Origin: Eledone cirrhosa
Lineage: Eukaryota
Reading direction: 5' to 3'
Assembly (NCBI GenBank): GCA_964016885.1
Contig: OZ024740.1
Span: forward strand, 397,110,001-397,174,000
Length of the DNA: 64,000 nucleotides
The position numbers and the translations under genes were made by a program. Positions 28,321 through 40,029 of the stretch are shown piece after piece. A model generated the notes under the pieces. It saw only the letters and a list, made by a program, of their open reading frames with translations, had not been told where the DNA came from and searched no databases. How positions within the stretch are numbered: the stretch's first letter is position 1; each line of letters opens with the position of its first letter.

Positions 28321-28736
28321 TCACCGGGAGAGATGACCCCTTAGCCTTTGTCAAGCTAGAATTCTAGGAGAAGGAAAACTCTGATATAACACCTGCAACT
28401 CTGATGGTATCCAATGATGTTGACTTGTTCTTCTTTTTGGTAAATATCATCTTGGTTAAGAGAGTGGGACTGGCTTTGTGCAGTGCCTTTGCTCACTATA
28501 AAAGCTTCACGGCACAGGCATTGCTTTATATCTGGAGATCTCTCTGCACTTGTCGTCACATGGTACCATGGGCCCAGCACTATGTGTCAATAATTGTCAC
28601 AAGTGTAGTCTTTGTACCAGAGTTTTCAAGTCTCTGGCTGGACTAATAAGTCACACTTGTATAGCGCATTGGTAGGGGTTCTCCTACATGGATATAAAGT
28701 AGTGGCCGTACTCGAAAACGAGTTGGCAGCCACCAT
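28321..28736 (+). mobile_element. Non-coding RTE-derived element, subfamily 1 (3' 415 bp)
   Basis: High identity to 34330-34742, 39146-39576, 39618-40029; CTAGGAGAAGGAAAACTC motif and terminal CTCG-AAAA-CGAG hairpin. Confidence 0.85.
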
Positions 28737-28765
28737 ATATATATGTATGTATATATATATATACG

Positions 28766-28796
<31 letters not shown>

Positions 28797-29122
28797 GTAT
28801 ATATATATATGTATATATATATATGTATATATGTATATATATATATATGTATATATATACATATATATAAATATATATATGTATATATATATATACATAT
28901 ATAAATATATATATGTATATATATATATGTGTATATATATACATATATAAATATATATGTATATACTGAATAGGTTTAATGTGAACCCTCTCCCAACCGA
29001 GATCGAACCTCAGACCAGGATTACCACTGTCTATGATTCTCCCAACTAGGCCACTGAGACAACTACAATATATATATACATATATAAATATATATATGTA
29101 TATACATATATATATATATACA

Positions 29123-29188
<66 letters not shown>

Positions 29189-29281
29189 CATATATGTATA
29201 TATATACATATATACATATATATATACATATATATATATACATATATACATATATATATATATACATATATGTATATATAC

Positions 29282-29315
<34 letters not shown>

Positions 29316-29573
29316 TTATATACATATATTTATATATATATGTGTATATATATACATATATATATATATATTTATATACATATATTTATATATACATATA
29401 TATATATATATATTTATATACATATATTTATATATATATGTGTATATATATACATATATATATATATATTTATATACATATATTTATATATATATGTGTA
29501 TATATATACATATATGTATATATATATGTATGTATATATATATTTATATATGTATGTATATATATATATATAC

Positions 29574-29621
<48 letters not shown>

Positions 29622-29641
29622 GTATGTATATGTATATATAT
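28736..29641. repeat. (TA)n compound microsatellite, interrupted at 28966-29066
   Basis: Direct reading. Confidence 0.95.
28966..29066 (-). mobile_element. Short tRNA-like sequence (simple SINE or tRNA pseudogene)
   Basis: A box TGGCCTAGTTGG, B box GGTTCGATCTC, wobble-rich acceptor TCTCAGT/GTTGGGA; no clean anticodon arm. Confidence 0.5.
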
Positions 29642-30085
29642 ATCCAAAATTAAATTAAGGGTGCCATGCCCGAGGGACATGCGCCATATTCACTGTAGAA
29701 TATGCTCAAAGATTCCAATGAATAAATCTGAGCATTTTATATCAACTAGAAATTGATTGACATAAATATATCTAAAATAAACATATGAAACAATCAAAGG
29801 GAATAATTTGTAAAAGTGTGTAAGCACACACAGCTAGGTAGGTAACTAATTAAAGTTAAATCTCCCTTGTTCAAAATCCGGGATTTGATTACTGTGGTTT
29901 ACTGATTGATTGATGGTGAAATATATTTCTTTAATGAAATATATACAAGGAAGTTTAATCATTTTATAAGGTATCTATTTTTAAAGTTCTAGTTAAACTT
30001 TAATTAGTTACCTATCTAGCTGTGTGTGCTTTCACACTTTTACAAATTATTCCCTGTGATTGTTTCATATGTTTATTTTAGACAT
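29641..30085. mobile_element. Non-coding repeat with inverted duplicate of one end (second copy 31950-32298)
   Basis: About 29770-29857 is the reverse complement of about 29996-30085; body homologous to 32045-32270. Confidence 0.75.
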
Positions 30086-30099
30086 ATATATATATACTA

Positions 30100-30156
<57 letters not shown>

Positions 30157-30196
30157 TATGATTTACCTTCCCTGCTAACATTGCAGATCTTGGTAC

Positions 30197-30316
30197 AAAA
30201 TCACCCTCCTCACCAAGTAAAATTGGTGGGGTTGCCGGTTTAATCGCCGATGACCCAACCATGCGACAGGTTGTACTGGGTTACATGTTACCAGTAGCAC
30301 TCAAGAGTGACCCGTC
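30197..30316 (-). mobile_element. 5' portion of non-coding RTE-derived element
   Basis: Reverse complement aligns to 38950-39070 and 37901-37987. Confidence 0.8.
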
Positions 30317-30532
30317 ATATATATATATACATATACACACACATATATATAAATATATACACATATATACATATACACACATATATATATACACATATAT
30401 ATACATATACACACACACATATATATATATATACACACACACAGATATATATATACACACACACAGATATATATACACACATACAGATATATATACACAC
30501 ATATATATATATATACACACATATGTATATAT

Positions 30533-30564
<32 letters not shown>

Positions 30565-31949
30565 GCTGCCAATAAAAACACACACACCTGTTGGTTTTCA
30601 CTTCAATTTGTTATAAATTTCTGGTTGGTTAGTTTGCTCACTAACTGGATGGCTGTTTATATTGTAAATGCTCTTCCATCACACATTCTGTGACCTCCTC
30701 AGTGACTGGTTTCTTATTTTGTGTCTCACCTTTGTTCTGTCCTACAAGATGGTGTAGGACGGAACAAAAATAAAGATGTCCCTATGATGGCTCTAATTCG
30801 ATTACCAACCACTTTACTGAGTATAATTCATGCAGATAACTGATGGCAACACTAGAGATGTTTTGCCGTTACATGGAAAAAAAGTCCTATCCAATCTATA
30901 TTGTCTACATCCTATGGAGGCAAGAATGTTAAAAATGTGTAATGGGAGCAAATAAATAAGAGGGGTTAAATTAGGAAAGTATATGTATATGAGTGTGCAG
31001 AGGAAAAATGAACGGTGGTGGGAAAGGGAGCTAGTGCTCCATAGCAACATATAAATGTGATGGTAAGAACAACATATGAAAACTACGAGTCATGTGAGGA
31101 AGAAAGTGTGAGTATGAATATGAGTGTGAAGGGGGAATGGAGTGATAGAATGAGAGGGAAGAAAGGAGAAGCTACAGACTAATTGTTAGGAGAAGATTGA
31201 GAAATAGTTGTAGTGCACCTGAGACTTTACACAATCATTCCATTATTATTATTATTATTATTATTAGAGGTGGGGCATGGTAGCAGTGAGTTTAGTGATG
31301 GGTAGCAACAGAGAAATATGATGGTGAGAGTTGTGGTTGAGTAGCCATGATGTGGCTGCATCAATGGCTCATGTTAATGAAGTATCAACTGGTAAATATA
31401 AAATTATCATAGTGGCAAAATAGGTATCACAGGAAGATTAAAAGGAAATATTACCAGGGCAGGTAAATCATATATCAATGTATCACAGATATAGTAAACA
31501 AAACAAACAGTTATCATAGTTAATCTTTTCTCAAATTCCAAGAATCTATATTACTATTGTTTATATCCATTTTCTGTAGAGTTAAGTAGATTAGAGATAA
31601 ATCTCCATTTGAATGGCACACTTGTCTATCAAAGGTATTTTTTTTTTTTCATGAGAAATACTGATGCCAGTACTCAAGCCAGTTTCACGATGCTGCTACT
31701 ACTCCTATCTACACTATAAATAATACAATCTGTGATATTGAAAGGACTGCAGAGATGTAGGGTTGGCAGTGAACAGGTGTCGTATGGCCCTTATCACCAC
31801 ATTACATAACAAAATAATAGTAAATTATGGTGTATAAATATTTTATGTTGGGTTATTACACTAAGTGTGCTGCATGGATTAGAAAACAATAGTTATTCAA
31901 GAGTGACATGTGGAATTGTATGCATACACCCCCAACTATATATATATAT

Positions 31950-32295
31950 ATATCCAAAATTAAATTAAGGGTGTGTATTTTTAAAAAATGCAACATGTGC
32001 GACGGCTCATTCGCAGATTTGCATTTGCTGTGTAAACACAGATAGTTAAATCTTCTCCCTTGTTGAAAATGCGGGTTTTGACTACTGTGATTTACAGATT
32101 AATGATGAAATATATTTCTTTAATGAAATATATACAAGGAAGATTAATCATTTTAAAAGGTATCTATATTTGAAGTTCTAGTAAAATTTAATTAGTTACC
32201 TATCTAGCTGTGTGTGCTTACACACTTTACAAATTATCCCCTGTGATTGTTTCATGTGTTTATTTTAGATATATATGTCAATCAATTTCTAGTTG

Positions 32296-32298
<3 letters not shown>
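31950..32298. mobile_element. Second copy of the 29.6-30.1 kb repeat, lacking the inversion
   Basis: Shared TATCCAAAATTAAATTAAGGGTG start and body. Confidence 0.75.
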
Positions 32299-32335
<37 letters not shown>

Positions 32336-32570
32336 TATTGACATACATGACAATGAGTACTCAATATCAAAGTAGGGTTTAAATATTCTTTATTATGGCT
32401 AAGTGGTGAGTCTTGTTACTCTGGGAATTCAGTTTTGTTTGATAAAACACCAGAGTAAGAAGATCCCTTAGCTATAATAAAGAATATCATCATTTATGGT
32501 CTGTTTTCTCTGTTCACCAAAGTTGGTAGGCCTTTACAGTACTCAAGCAGAGCTACAAACCTCTCAGATA

Positions 32571-32606
<36 letters not shown>

Positions 32607-32607
<1 letters not shown>

Positions 32608-33193
32608 CATCATCATCATCGTTTAACGTCTATCTTCCACGTTAGCATAGGTTGAGACGGGAATTGTCCCACTTGAGGCAAGATTGGTTGTCTCGCTTGT
32701 ATGGGACTGTCTGGCAGGTTTTCTACGGCTGGATGTCCTTCCTAACACCAACCACATTTACAGTGTGGACTGGGAGGTTTTTACTGTGTTACCTACATGG
32801 CCACATTACAGCGTGGACTGTGTGTTTTTTGTTGTGACACCTACACAACCTCATTTATTTACGACTGGATGTTGTGGTACCAACATACCTTTACAGAGAA
32901 AGGGGTGGTGTTCATGGGGTGGGGAGTTGGGGTAGTGGGAGGAGGGTGTATATTTGATTAAGAGGTGACTACTGACTGTAGGTTTCACTTTGTACTTAGG
33001 CAAGGCGGGTTTTCTGTATTACTGCGTAGCGCCAAAGATCTCAGTCCAGCGACATTGTCTTAAAGAGGTGTAAATGTGTAAGGTCGGAATTTATCAAATC
33101 GTCCCAAGTTTTTCTGGGTCTGCCTACTCCATAACTTCTGTCAATTTTGATTGCCCTGCACTTTTTTATACAGCTGTCGTCTTTCATGCGCAT
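32607..33193 (-). mobile_element. RTE LINE family B 3' fragment
   Basis: MRMKDDSCIKKCRAIKID...RPRKTW plus 3' UTR and (GAT)n. Confidence 0.9.
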
Positions 33194-33252
33194 ATATATA
33201 TACATATATATAGTTACATACACACATATATATATATATATATATATACATA

Positions 33253-33417
33253 TAACAAAGAGGGTGTGGTAGGGTACCAGGTGGAACATAACGTGCCAGA
33301 GTACTCGATGCTTGAGGTAGTAGAGTGGGTAATTTGAAAAGATGCAGGACCCCGAAGGCTGAGCTCTGGCTGTCAAAACAGCTGGAGCTCAGCCGCTGGG
33401 GTCCTGATTCTTTTCAT
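33253..33417. mobile_element. Small fold-back repeat, copy 2
   Basis: Homology to 22285-22473; imperfect palindrome 33335-33416. Confidence 0.8.
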
Positions 33418-33454
33418 ATATATACATATATATATATATACACACACACACACA

Positions 33455-33486
<32 letters not shown>

Positions 33487-33539
33487 CATATATATACATA
33501 CATATATACATATATGTATGTATGTATATACATATATGT

Positions 33540-33920
33540 ATGTTAGGAAGGGCATCCAGCCATAGAAAACCTGCCAGATAGTCCTATATGAGCGAGACAC
33601 AGTCACCCGACCAACCTTGCCTCTAGTGGGACAACTCCCGTCTAACCCATGCTAGCGTGGAAGATAGACGTTAAACGATGATGATATATATATATATATA
33701 TGTATGTATATGTATGTATATATATATATATGTATGTATATATATATATATATCATCATCTCATCTTCGTTTAACGTCTATCTTCCACACTAGCATGGGT
33801 TAGCCGGGAGTTGTCCCACTTGAGGCAAGGTTGGTCGGGTGACCGTGTCTCGCTCATATAGGACTATCTGGCAGGTTTTCTATGGTTGGATGCCCTTCCT
33901 AACACCAACCACATTACAGT
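33540..33920. mobile_element. Two RTE 3'-UTR fragments tail-to-tail (33540-33686 +, 33753-33920 -)
   Basis: Near-identical inverted copies around a TA/TATG tract; match 45822-45990. Confidence 0.85.
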
Positions 33921-33942
33921 TTCTATGTATATATATATATAT

Positions 33943-34289
33943 GGAGGCACATGGCTTAGTGGTTAGAGCATTGGCCTTGCAATCAAAAGGTTGTGAGTTC
34001 AATTCTCAGACCGGGTGATGTGTTGTTTCCTTGAGCAAGACACTTTATTTCACATTGCTCCAGTTTACTCAGCTGTAGAAATGAGATGATAGGGACTGGG
34101 GTCCCTATCATTCCACTGTAAAGTGGTCGTGGAGGTGCCACGGCAAAAAAGCACCCAGCACTCACTGTAAATGAGGTTGGTGTTAGGAAGGGCATCCAGC
34201 TGTAGAAATCAAGCCAGAATCAGTTCCCGTCCCACCCTTGCAAGCAGGGAAAAGTGGACGTAAAATGAGATGATGAGATGATGATGATG
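33943..34289 (+). mobile_element. Full-length SINE family 2 (tRNA head, CORE-like domain, RTE tail; resembles octopus OR-type SINEs)
   Basis: A box TGGCTTAGTGG, B box GAGTTCAATTC, TTGTTTCCTTGAGCAAGACACTTTATTTCAC CORE-like domain, RTE 3' UTR, (GAT)n. Confidence 0.9.
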
Positions 34290-34316
34290 TATGTATATAT
34301 ATGTATGTATGTATAT

Positions 34317-34742
34317 AGCCATCCAAAATTACCGGGAGAGATGACCCCTTAGCCTTTGTCAAGGCAGAATTCTAGGAGAAGGAAAACTCTGATATAACAC
34401 CTGCAACCTTGATGGTATCCAATGATGTTGACTTGTTCTTTTTGGTAAATATCATCTTGGTTAAGAGAGTGGGACTGGCTTTGTGCAGTGCCTTTGCTCA
34501 CTATAAAAGCTTCACAGCACAGGCATTGCTTTATATCTGGAGATCTCTCTGCACTTGTCATCACATGGTACCATGGGCCCTGCACTATGTGTCAATAATG
34601 GTCACAAGTGTAGTCTTTGTACCAGAGTTTTCAAGTCGCTGGCTGGACTAAAATGTCACACTCGTTCAGCGCATCGGTAGGGGTTCTCCTACATGGATAT
34701 AAAGTAGTGGCCGTACTCGAAAACGAGTTGGCAGCCACCATG
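34317..34742 (+). mobile_element. Non-coding RTE-derived element, subfamily 1
   Basis: Homology to 39133-39576. Confidence 0.85.
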
Positions 34743-34757
34743 TATATATATATGTAT

Positions 34758-34799
<42 letters not shown>

Positions 34800-34919
34800 G
34801 TATATATGTATGTATATATAAAAGGAACGATCGACTTTCATCAAATCGGACCAAGGAAACAATGTTTCCATTGGTCTTTCCAATTGCTAATACTATCTAT
34901 CGGTCGTAACTCCAGGTAG

Positions 34920-35040
34920 AAGGAGCAATGTGAAATAAAATGTCTTGCTCAAGGACATAACGCATCAGCCGGTTTGGGAATCAAAGTCACAACCTCACGA
35001 TTGTGAATCCAATTCTCTAACCACTCAGCCACACACCTTC
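34920..35040 (-). mobile_element. SINE family 2-like head and CORE fragment
   Basis: Reverse complement: TGGCTGAGTGGTTAGAG...GTCCTTGAGCAAGACATTTTATTTCACATTGCTCC. Confidence 0.8.
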
Positions 35041-35058
35041 ATATATGTATATATATAT

Positions 35059-37900
35059 AGTTAGGGAAGCAGAAAATTGCTTATTGTGATCCAGCTCGTG
35101 ATTAAGAAAGCCAGTTTCATGGACGGTTTCAACGTTCGATTAGGGGTAACTCCACAAGTTTGTAAGAATTCCGTTCAATCTTGGAGTATAAAGTATAAAA
35201 GAGAAAACACAGGTAAGCATTAAGAGAAGGATTTTATCCAGGTATTTACGACCGTTTCATTGGTATACTGCAAATAGCAGCCACTCAATTATAATTGTTG
35301 TTCACGTCCAAATTTTCAAAATAGTGAGTAAGTTACTCTTGAAATAGTTCTTAATATATAGAGAAAAACATTTTTTTGGAATTGTATTTACTAGTATAAA
35401 GAGAGAGGAAGATGAATTAGAAAGTGAGGGGACAACGGAATAGTATAAAGAGAGAGGAAGGGGGAGAAGAGTTAGGAAGTAAAGTGACAAACTGAGATGG
35501 AGGGAGGGGTAGAGGTGGAAGGATTCCTTGATCAGTTTTGATATGTAGACTTCATGTCGTTGAATGTAGTGAGTTAAAGAGAATTAAATTGATCATAGTG
35601 GGAGGGATGGATGGAGAGAGAGAGAGGGGGGGGGGAGATATAAAGAGATAAATATATATATAAAAAATAAAGATAAAGATAATAATGACAAAAATAAAAG
35701 CAAAGAAGGGGGGGAGAAAGAAGAAAAGAAAAGATAGCCAAAAAGGTGAAGAAAACGAAGAAATAGAAGAGGAATGAAGGAGAAGGGAGGGATATAGGTA
35801 TTGGTTTTTGTGGGTAATTAAAAGGGTTTAGATACAATAAGAGGGTATAAAGTCTAAGTATATGCAGTTTGTCAGTTGGTTGTAAGAGGTTAAGGGTTCG
35901 ATTTGCACTTGTAGTGCGAAAACTTTTCTTTGAGTCTATGGTTACAAGAAATTGATCTTTCGATTTTATTGTTGAGTAACCTATTCTTCGAACTCAAAAT
36001 GTATAACAGCTCATGGTCACATAATCGATAGCTTCTCATACTACTCCGATATGGGGGTGCGTTCGATAATTTTTTCCACTTTTGTATTGATGGTTACTTT
36101 CCCTCAGTTGCCAGATCTTGTTTGCAGGGGTAGTTACAAACGATGCTCGGAATGTTTCATTGCGTAACGGTGTGTATACCAACGGGCTTTAAATGTATTC
36201 CCAGTTGCTCCAATGTAATACCATTTCTGGTTGTCTGATTCCACTGGGCATTGGTAAACCAGGTTAGACTGCATACATTCATTATGTAATGGACAGGTTT
36301 CAGGTAGGTGGTAGTTACAATTCTTGTCATGGGCAACTTTGGCATTATTGGTGGGCTGCGATGCCTGTACAAGTGTGTTACGTTCTGTTTGCATATTAGT
36401 GGGTGGTTGTGTATTAGATATTCTGTTGTGTTCAATGGTGATTGTATTGTTATTGTTGTAAATTTGTGTTCTGGTGTTGTTATGTATCTTTTTAGTGTTA
36501 AGCATCTTAATGTGTGCCTCTATATTTGGTGCCGTGGAGTAAGATAGTCTAATAGATTTAGTGTTAAGGATTTTGCTGTATCTATGTGAATCTGGAAAGT
36601 GCTTATTTATTATTCTAAAGAAGGTAGAGGGTAGGTTAGTACTAATAGAGGTGTTAAATATGGGGTTATACCAAATATATTTTCTACTGCGTGACTTGTT
36701 TGATTTCGATGTTGTATTTCTATTTACCGTATACTTTGTAGTTCTATGCATAAGTGCGTGTTTCTGGAGTTTGTGTTATGCGTGTTCATGTGCGCTTTGC
36801 GGAGTCTTTCATCTATATATTCTACTCTATCTAAGTGGCCTGCCTTGTCTAATGCGGTATTGTAGTATTCTGCATGTTCCTCGAAGATTTGTCGGTTAGA
36901 CGAGAGGCGGGAGATCCTAAGGGATATGCTGCGTAGAATGGATTTAATTATGGATAGTGGGTGGTTTGAGTTGATGTATGCTAAGTTTTCATTAATCTTG
37001 TGAAAAGGTCTTATAAGTCCCGTATTTAGGTTAAGCGTCGCGTCTTGAAAGTTAACTATTTTAGTGCTATACTCATACGTTATGCTAAAGCCTAGTTTCC
37101 CGAGAGTCTTTCTAATATTCTTACGGAGTCTTTCTATGCTCTGGTTATTTAGGTTCTTAACTAGGAGAAGGGCGTCGTCTCTGTAGATTCCACCGTGAAG
37201 GTCGCTAAACTCACACTGTAAACTATGGGCTATGTAAATACCTACTAAATCTGTGATTTGAGCCGAGTCGTTAGCCCCCATCGTGATGTCAAAGTTATTT
37301 AATCTATCCTTACGTTCCCAATAGGCATTTTCAAATTTAATTATTGTTTTCCTAGCAGTTAATATGATTTTTATCTCGTCGTCTGTTAGGTCAGAATTGG
37401 CTTTGGCGAATGCTAAGGCTTTATCCAAGGTGTTGTTTGATATAGAGGAATAATAATCGTTAATGTCAAATTGTATAAATTTAGATACTTTTTTGTTAGC
37501 TATATTGTTAAACCACTTAATTGTTTCGGTAGCGTTACCCCATAGTTTAATCACTAGTTTATTCTTCATTTGTGCTATCACTCTGTCTAATATATGTTTA
37601 CTAATTTTCCCGATGTCCGATTTGGACGGGCATATAAGTCTAATTGTGGGGTTACAATCAAAATTTACCTTGTGGTCCTTCAGATTAAATGTGGGGGTAC
37701 ATGGCCTAATGGCTCCGTTCTGTCATCTATTCCTAGGTGTTTGACTATATTGTGTGCCTCGTTGTTGATGTTTATCAGTGCCGCCTCATTAGTTTTTTTG
37801 TATTTCCTATGTAATTCTTTCCGTATGAAGCTTTTGTATGTATTAACATCAATCGTATACACATTTGAGGTTTTGTCCGCTTTGACAATAATTCCATTGA
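35059..37900 (-). mobile_element. Penelope-like element (RT plus C-terminal GIY-YIG), 5'-truncated and frameshifted; coding about 35890-37900, then ~830 bp 3' UTR
   Basis: KADKT, LKDHK..RLICPSKS, FDINDYYSSI, ITMGA, YRDD, SNHP, KYIWYNP, CNY..CPL..C, VYQ..YYIGAT..FKARW..H, LC..E..LLN..C.H. Confidence 0.93.
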
Positions 37901-38487
37901 ACCCAGTACAACCTGTCGCATGGTCGGATCGTCGGCGACTAAACCGGCAATCCCACCAAGTTTACTTGGTGAGGTGGGTGATTTTGGACACCCTGCAGGA
38001 CAAAAAACAAAACCTGACAAAGGGAGGAAGAACTCATAAGAGTCAACGGCCATCCAAAAGTGTGTAAATATGTATATACACATGTACATATGTATGTATA
38101 TGTGTATATACATGGGTGCATATGTATGTATATGCGCGGGGACATAGAAATAGTCGGGCTGGACACCCGATCACGCGGTTAAACCACTGGGAGTGAAGGA
38201 CCCCTAGCCTTAGTCAGGGCATTCTTCTAGGAGAAGGCAACTCAGGAAACTGGGATAACTCCGATATAAAACCTGCGGCTGAATAGTTACCGATGATGTT
38301 GATCTTTTCTTCTTTTCGGGTTATAGCTACTGTTGCTCAGAGAGTGGGATTGGCTCAGTGCACAGTCTGGCCTCACTTTAAAAAATATGTTCAGGCACAG
38401 GCATTGCACGATAGAATTAATTAATAATTATTAATAATGGTATAACGTGCAATGGCCATACTCGATAGCGAGAGGGCAGCCATCAAA
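37901..38487 (+). mobile_element. Non-coding RTE-derived element, subfamily 2 (interrupted by microsatellite about 38065-38135)
   Basis: Colinear but diverged from 38950-39576; same motifs and terminal hairpin. Confidence 0.8.
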
Positions 38488-38560
<73 letters not shown>

Positions 38561-38601
38561 GTATGTATATATATATATGTATGTATATATATATATGTAT
38601 G

Positions 38602-38635
<34 letters not shown>

Positions 38636-38808
38636 GATATATATATATATATGTATGTATATATACATATATATATATATGTATATATATATATGTATGT
38701 ATATATATATATATGTATACATATATATGTATGTATATATATATATATGTATGTATATATATATGTATGTATATATATATATATGTATGTATATATATAT
38801 GTATGTAT

Positions 38809-38849
<41 letters not shown>

Positions 38850-38859
38850 TATATGTATG

Positions 38860-38913
<54 letters not shown>

Positions 38914-38946
38914 TGTATGTATGTATATATGTATGAATATATATAT
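38488..38946. repeat. (TA)n/(TATG)n microsatellite
   Basis: Direct reading. Confidence 0.95.
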
Positions 38947-38949
38947 TAT

Positions 38950-39576
38950 GTCATGTCACCAGTTGGTGCTACTGGTAACATGTATCCCAGTACAACCTGT
39001 CTCATGGTCGGGTCGTTGGCGACTAAACTGGCAACCCCACCAAGGTCTCTTGATGAGGAGGGTGACTTTGGACATCCTGCAGGACTAAAAACAAAACCTG
39101 TCAAAGGGCAAAGGAGCTCTTAACAGTCAATGGCCATCCAAAATCACCAGGAGAGATGACCCCTTAGCCTTTGTCAAGGCAGAATTCTAGAAGGAAAACT
39201 CTGATATAACACCTGCAACCCTGATGGTATCCAATGATGTTGACTTGTTCTTCTTTTTGGTAAATATCATCTTGGTTAAGAGAGTGGGACTGGCTTTGTG
39301 CAGTGCCTTTGCTCACTATAAAAGCTTCACAGCACAGGCATTGCTTTATATCTGGAGATCTCTCTGCACTTGTCATTACTTGGTACCATGGGCCCAGCAA
39401 GCACTATGTGTCAATAATCACTGTGTCAATAATTGTCACAGGTGTAGTGTTTGTACCAGAGTTTTCAAGTCGCTGGCTGGACTAAAAAGTCACACTTTTT
39501 TAGCGCATTGGTAGGGGTTCTCCTACATGGATATAAAGTAGTGGCTGTACTCGAAAACGAGTTGGCAGCCACCATG
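38950..39576 (+). mobile_element. Apparently full-length (~625 bp) non-coding RTE-derived element, subfamily 1
   Basis: Joins the 5' module (seen at 30197-30316, 37901-38060) to the 3' module (28321, 34330, 39618). Confidence 0.85.
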
Positions 39577-39617
39577 TATATATATGTGTATGTATGTATG
39601 TATGTATATATATATAT

Positions 39618-40029
39618 ACGGGAGAGATGACCCCTTAGCCTTTGTCAAGGCAGAATTCTAGGAGAAGGAAAACTGATATAACACCTGCAACCCTGATGGT
39701 ATCCAATGATGTTGACTTGTTCTTCTTTTTGGTAAATATCATCTTGGTTAAGAGAGTGGGACTGGCTTTGTGCAGTGCCTTTGCTCACTATAAAAGCTTC
39801 ACGGCATAGGCATTGCTTTATATCTGGAGATCTCTCTGCACTTGTCGTCACATGGTGCCATGGGCCCAGCACTATGTGTCAATAATTGTCACAGGTGTAG
39901 TGTTTGTACCGGAGTTTTCAAGTCGCTGGCTGGACTAATAAGTCACACTTGTATAGCGCATTGGTAGGGGTTCTCCTACATGGATATAAAGTAGTGGCCA
40001 TACTCGAAAACGAGTTGGCAGCCACCATG
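39618..40029 (+). mobile_element. Non-coding RTE-derived element, subfamily 1 (3' part), tandem to previous
   Basis: Homology to 28321-28736. Confidence 0.85.

Noticed and set aside
28356-28646. Repeated 74-96 aa ORFs on both strands of the RTE derivative
   Set aside because: Shared only through DNA identity; frames break between copies and are not kept in subfamily 2
37680-37682. In-frame TGA in the Penelope-like ORF as possible selenocysteine
   Set aside because: Conserved LKDHK motif continues in another frame, so this is a frameshift
38975-39070. HDV-like ribozyme fit for the 5' module
   Set aside because: Could not build consistent P1, P1.1 and P2 across three copies by eye; kept only as generic structured RNA
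39567-39576. Perfect Kozak GCCACCATG at the end of the RTE derivative (also near 34733 and 40021)
   Set aside because: ATG runs into the microsatellite tail and is absent in the 28736 and 38487 copies; GCCAC is explained by the terminal stem
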